A DNA stretch of 64,000 nucleotides from a virus (Duplodnaviria > Caudoviricetes): positions 1-64,000 of the IMG/VR virus record IMGVR_UViG_3300005805_000065. The stretch is one strand, 5' to 3'. Below are positions 63,522-64,000 of this stretch, one piece after another (position 1 is the stretch's first letter; each line of letters begins with the position of its first letter). The notes beneath the pieces are model-generated. The model was not told the origin of the DNA. It worked only from the letters and a program-made list of their open reading frames with translations, and did not search any database. The translations under genes were made by a program, and so were the position numbers.

Positions 63522-63857
63522 CTAGCGCCGAGCGAGGCGCAAGGCACGAAGTACCTTGCGAACCCTCGCCTTGCGCTTATTGCGCTTGCGTGTGCGACGA
63601 GCCTTGCGCTTCGTCGCCTCGCTCCACGGCTTGCGCTTGCGCTTGGGCTTGGCGATGTGCCTCACCTGCGCCTTGGCGCGAGCCTTGGGGCTGGCAACGA
63701 CCGCTGGGGTCGTCGGGGCGATGACCGTCGCCTGCGGTGCTGGCGCAGTTGCCTGCGCTGGCTTGACTACCACCGCTGGCTTGACTGCCTGCGCTGGCTG
63801 TGTCTGCCCTGCGAGAAGTGCTCCTCGCAAGGCTGGGTGCTTGCCTGACTTAGCCAT
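63522..63857 (-). CDS. Cassette 6 gene, Ala/Pro/Thr-rich protein with Lys/Arg-rich tail
   Basis: SD AGGAGG before ATG 63857; C-terminal KPKRKRKPWSEATKRKARRTRKRNKRK. Confidence 0.75.
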   Translation of the reverse strand: MAKSGKHPALRGALLAGQTQPAQAVKPAVVVKPAQATAPAPQATVIAPTTPAVVASPKARAKAQVRHIAKPKRKRKPWSEATKRKARRTRKRNKRKARVRKVLRALRLARR

Positions 63858-63898
63858 GATGTACCTCCTGGCTTGTTGGGCTTGCCCTGACACCAACT

Positions 63899-63997
63899 AC
63901 CTTACCTAGGCATTGAGAATGTGTACTCAACTAACAACGAGACAGACATCGTGAGAGTGGGCGTACAGCGCAGCTAAGCGCTGATCCGCACGCCCAC
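63899..63997 (-). promoter_or_regulatory. Cassette 6 promoter/operator + hairpin
   Basis: -10 TAAGGT at the same offset as TAGTGT in the other units, operator 63913-30, hairpin 63957-97 (loop TAAGC). Confidence 0.85.
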
Positions 63998-64000
63998 CAG

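Noticed and set aside
61743-63896. Longer ORF-track starts (61829, 62429, 62941, 63354, 63896)
   Set aside because: These extensions run through the conserved promoter/leader; internal ATGs have proper SDs and align between paralogues
61212-63950. Plus-strand promoters (TTGAGA as -35) transcribing the hairpins
   Set aside because: The hexamer 17 bp downstream (TATGCC, TATGTC, TATGCG, GAGAGT, GAGACT, AACGAG) does not fit TANNNT consistently, whereas the minus-strand -10 does in all six units
61198-64000. CRISPR array or integron reading of the repeats
   Set aside because: Repeats are separated by whole genes with their own promoters and terminators; no consistent GTTRRRY/RYYYAAC boxes and no integrase in the window
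60770-64000. Host chromosome beyond a prophage junction
   Set aside because: No integrase, att duplication or housekeeping genes; content is small phage-like ORFs. A chimera still cannot be excluded without reads.
1-64000. Alternative genetic code, DGR or retron
   Set aside because: Core genes are intact under code 11; no reverse transcriptase motif (YxDD context) or TR/VR pair seen

Overview
The window is a segment of a large, AT-rich tailed (siphovirus-like) phage genome. An actinobacterial host is inferred from two WhiB genes and apparently leaderless TANNNT promoters. Layout: (1) 1-17 kb, tail module: a >3100-aa tape measure protein truncated by the window edge, distal-tail/hub proteins and a fibre with an S74 chaperone. 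(2) 17-37.5 kb, replication/recombination/packaging module: HNH, metallophosphoesterase, MerR-like HTH, WhiB, DnaB, primase, SSB, DnaE, RecA, Cas4-like nuclease, RuvC, TerS/TerL, three glycosyltransferases and a methyltransferase. (3) 38-59.9 kb, dense + strand array of small accessory ORFs with tRNA-Leu, tRNA-Arg, a topologically rearranged tRNA-Ile-like RNA and a candidate multi-stem ncRNA; tRNA-Ala lies in module 2. (4) 59.9-60.7 kb, non-coding hub with 3x18-bp direct repeats, a perfect parS-type palindrome and nine helically phased A-tracts. (5) 60.7-64 kb, GC-rich minus-strand array of six single-gene cassettes that continues past the window end. Each cassette has a near-identical promoter/palindromic operator and a GNRA terminator. 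A covarying ~40-bp hairpin (AGC-TANNC-GCT core) sits a fixed 42-44 bp from the operator. Three extra operator+hairpin modules lack a promoter and carry the hairpin inverted. This cassette system is the best candidate for an undescribed system. All calls come from reading motifs by eye; no database searches were run.
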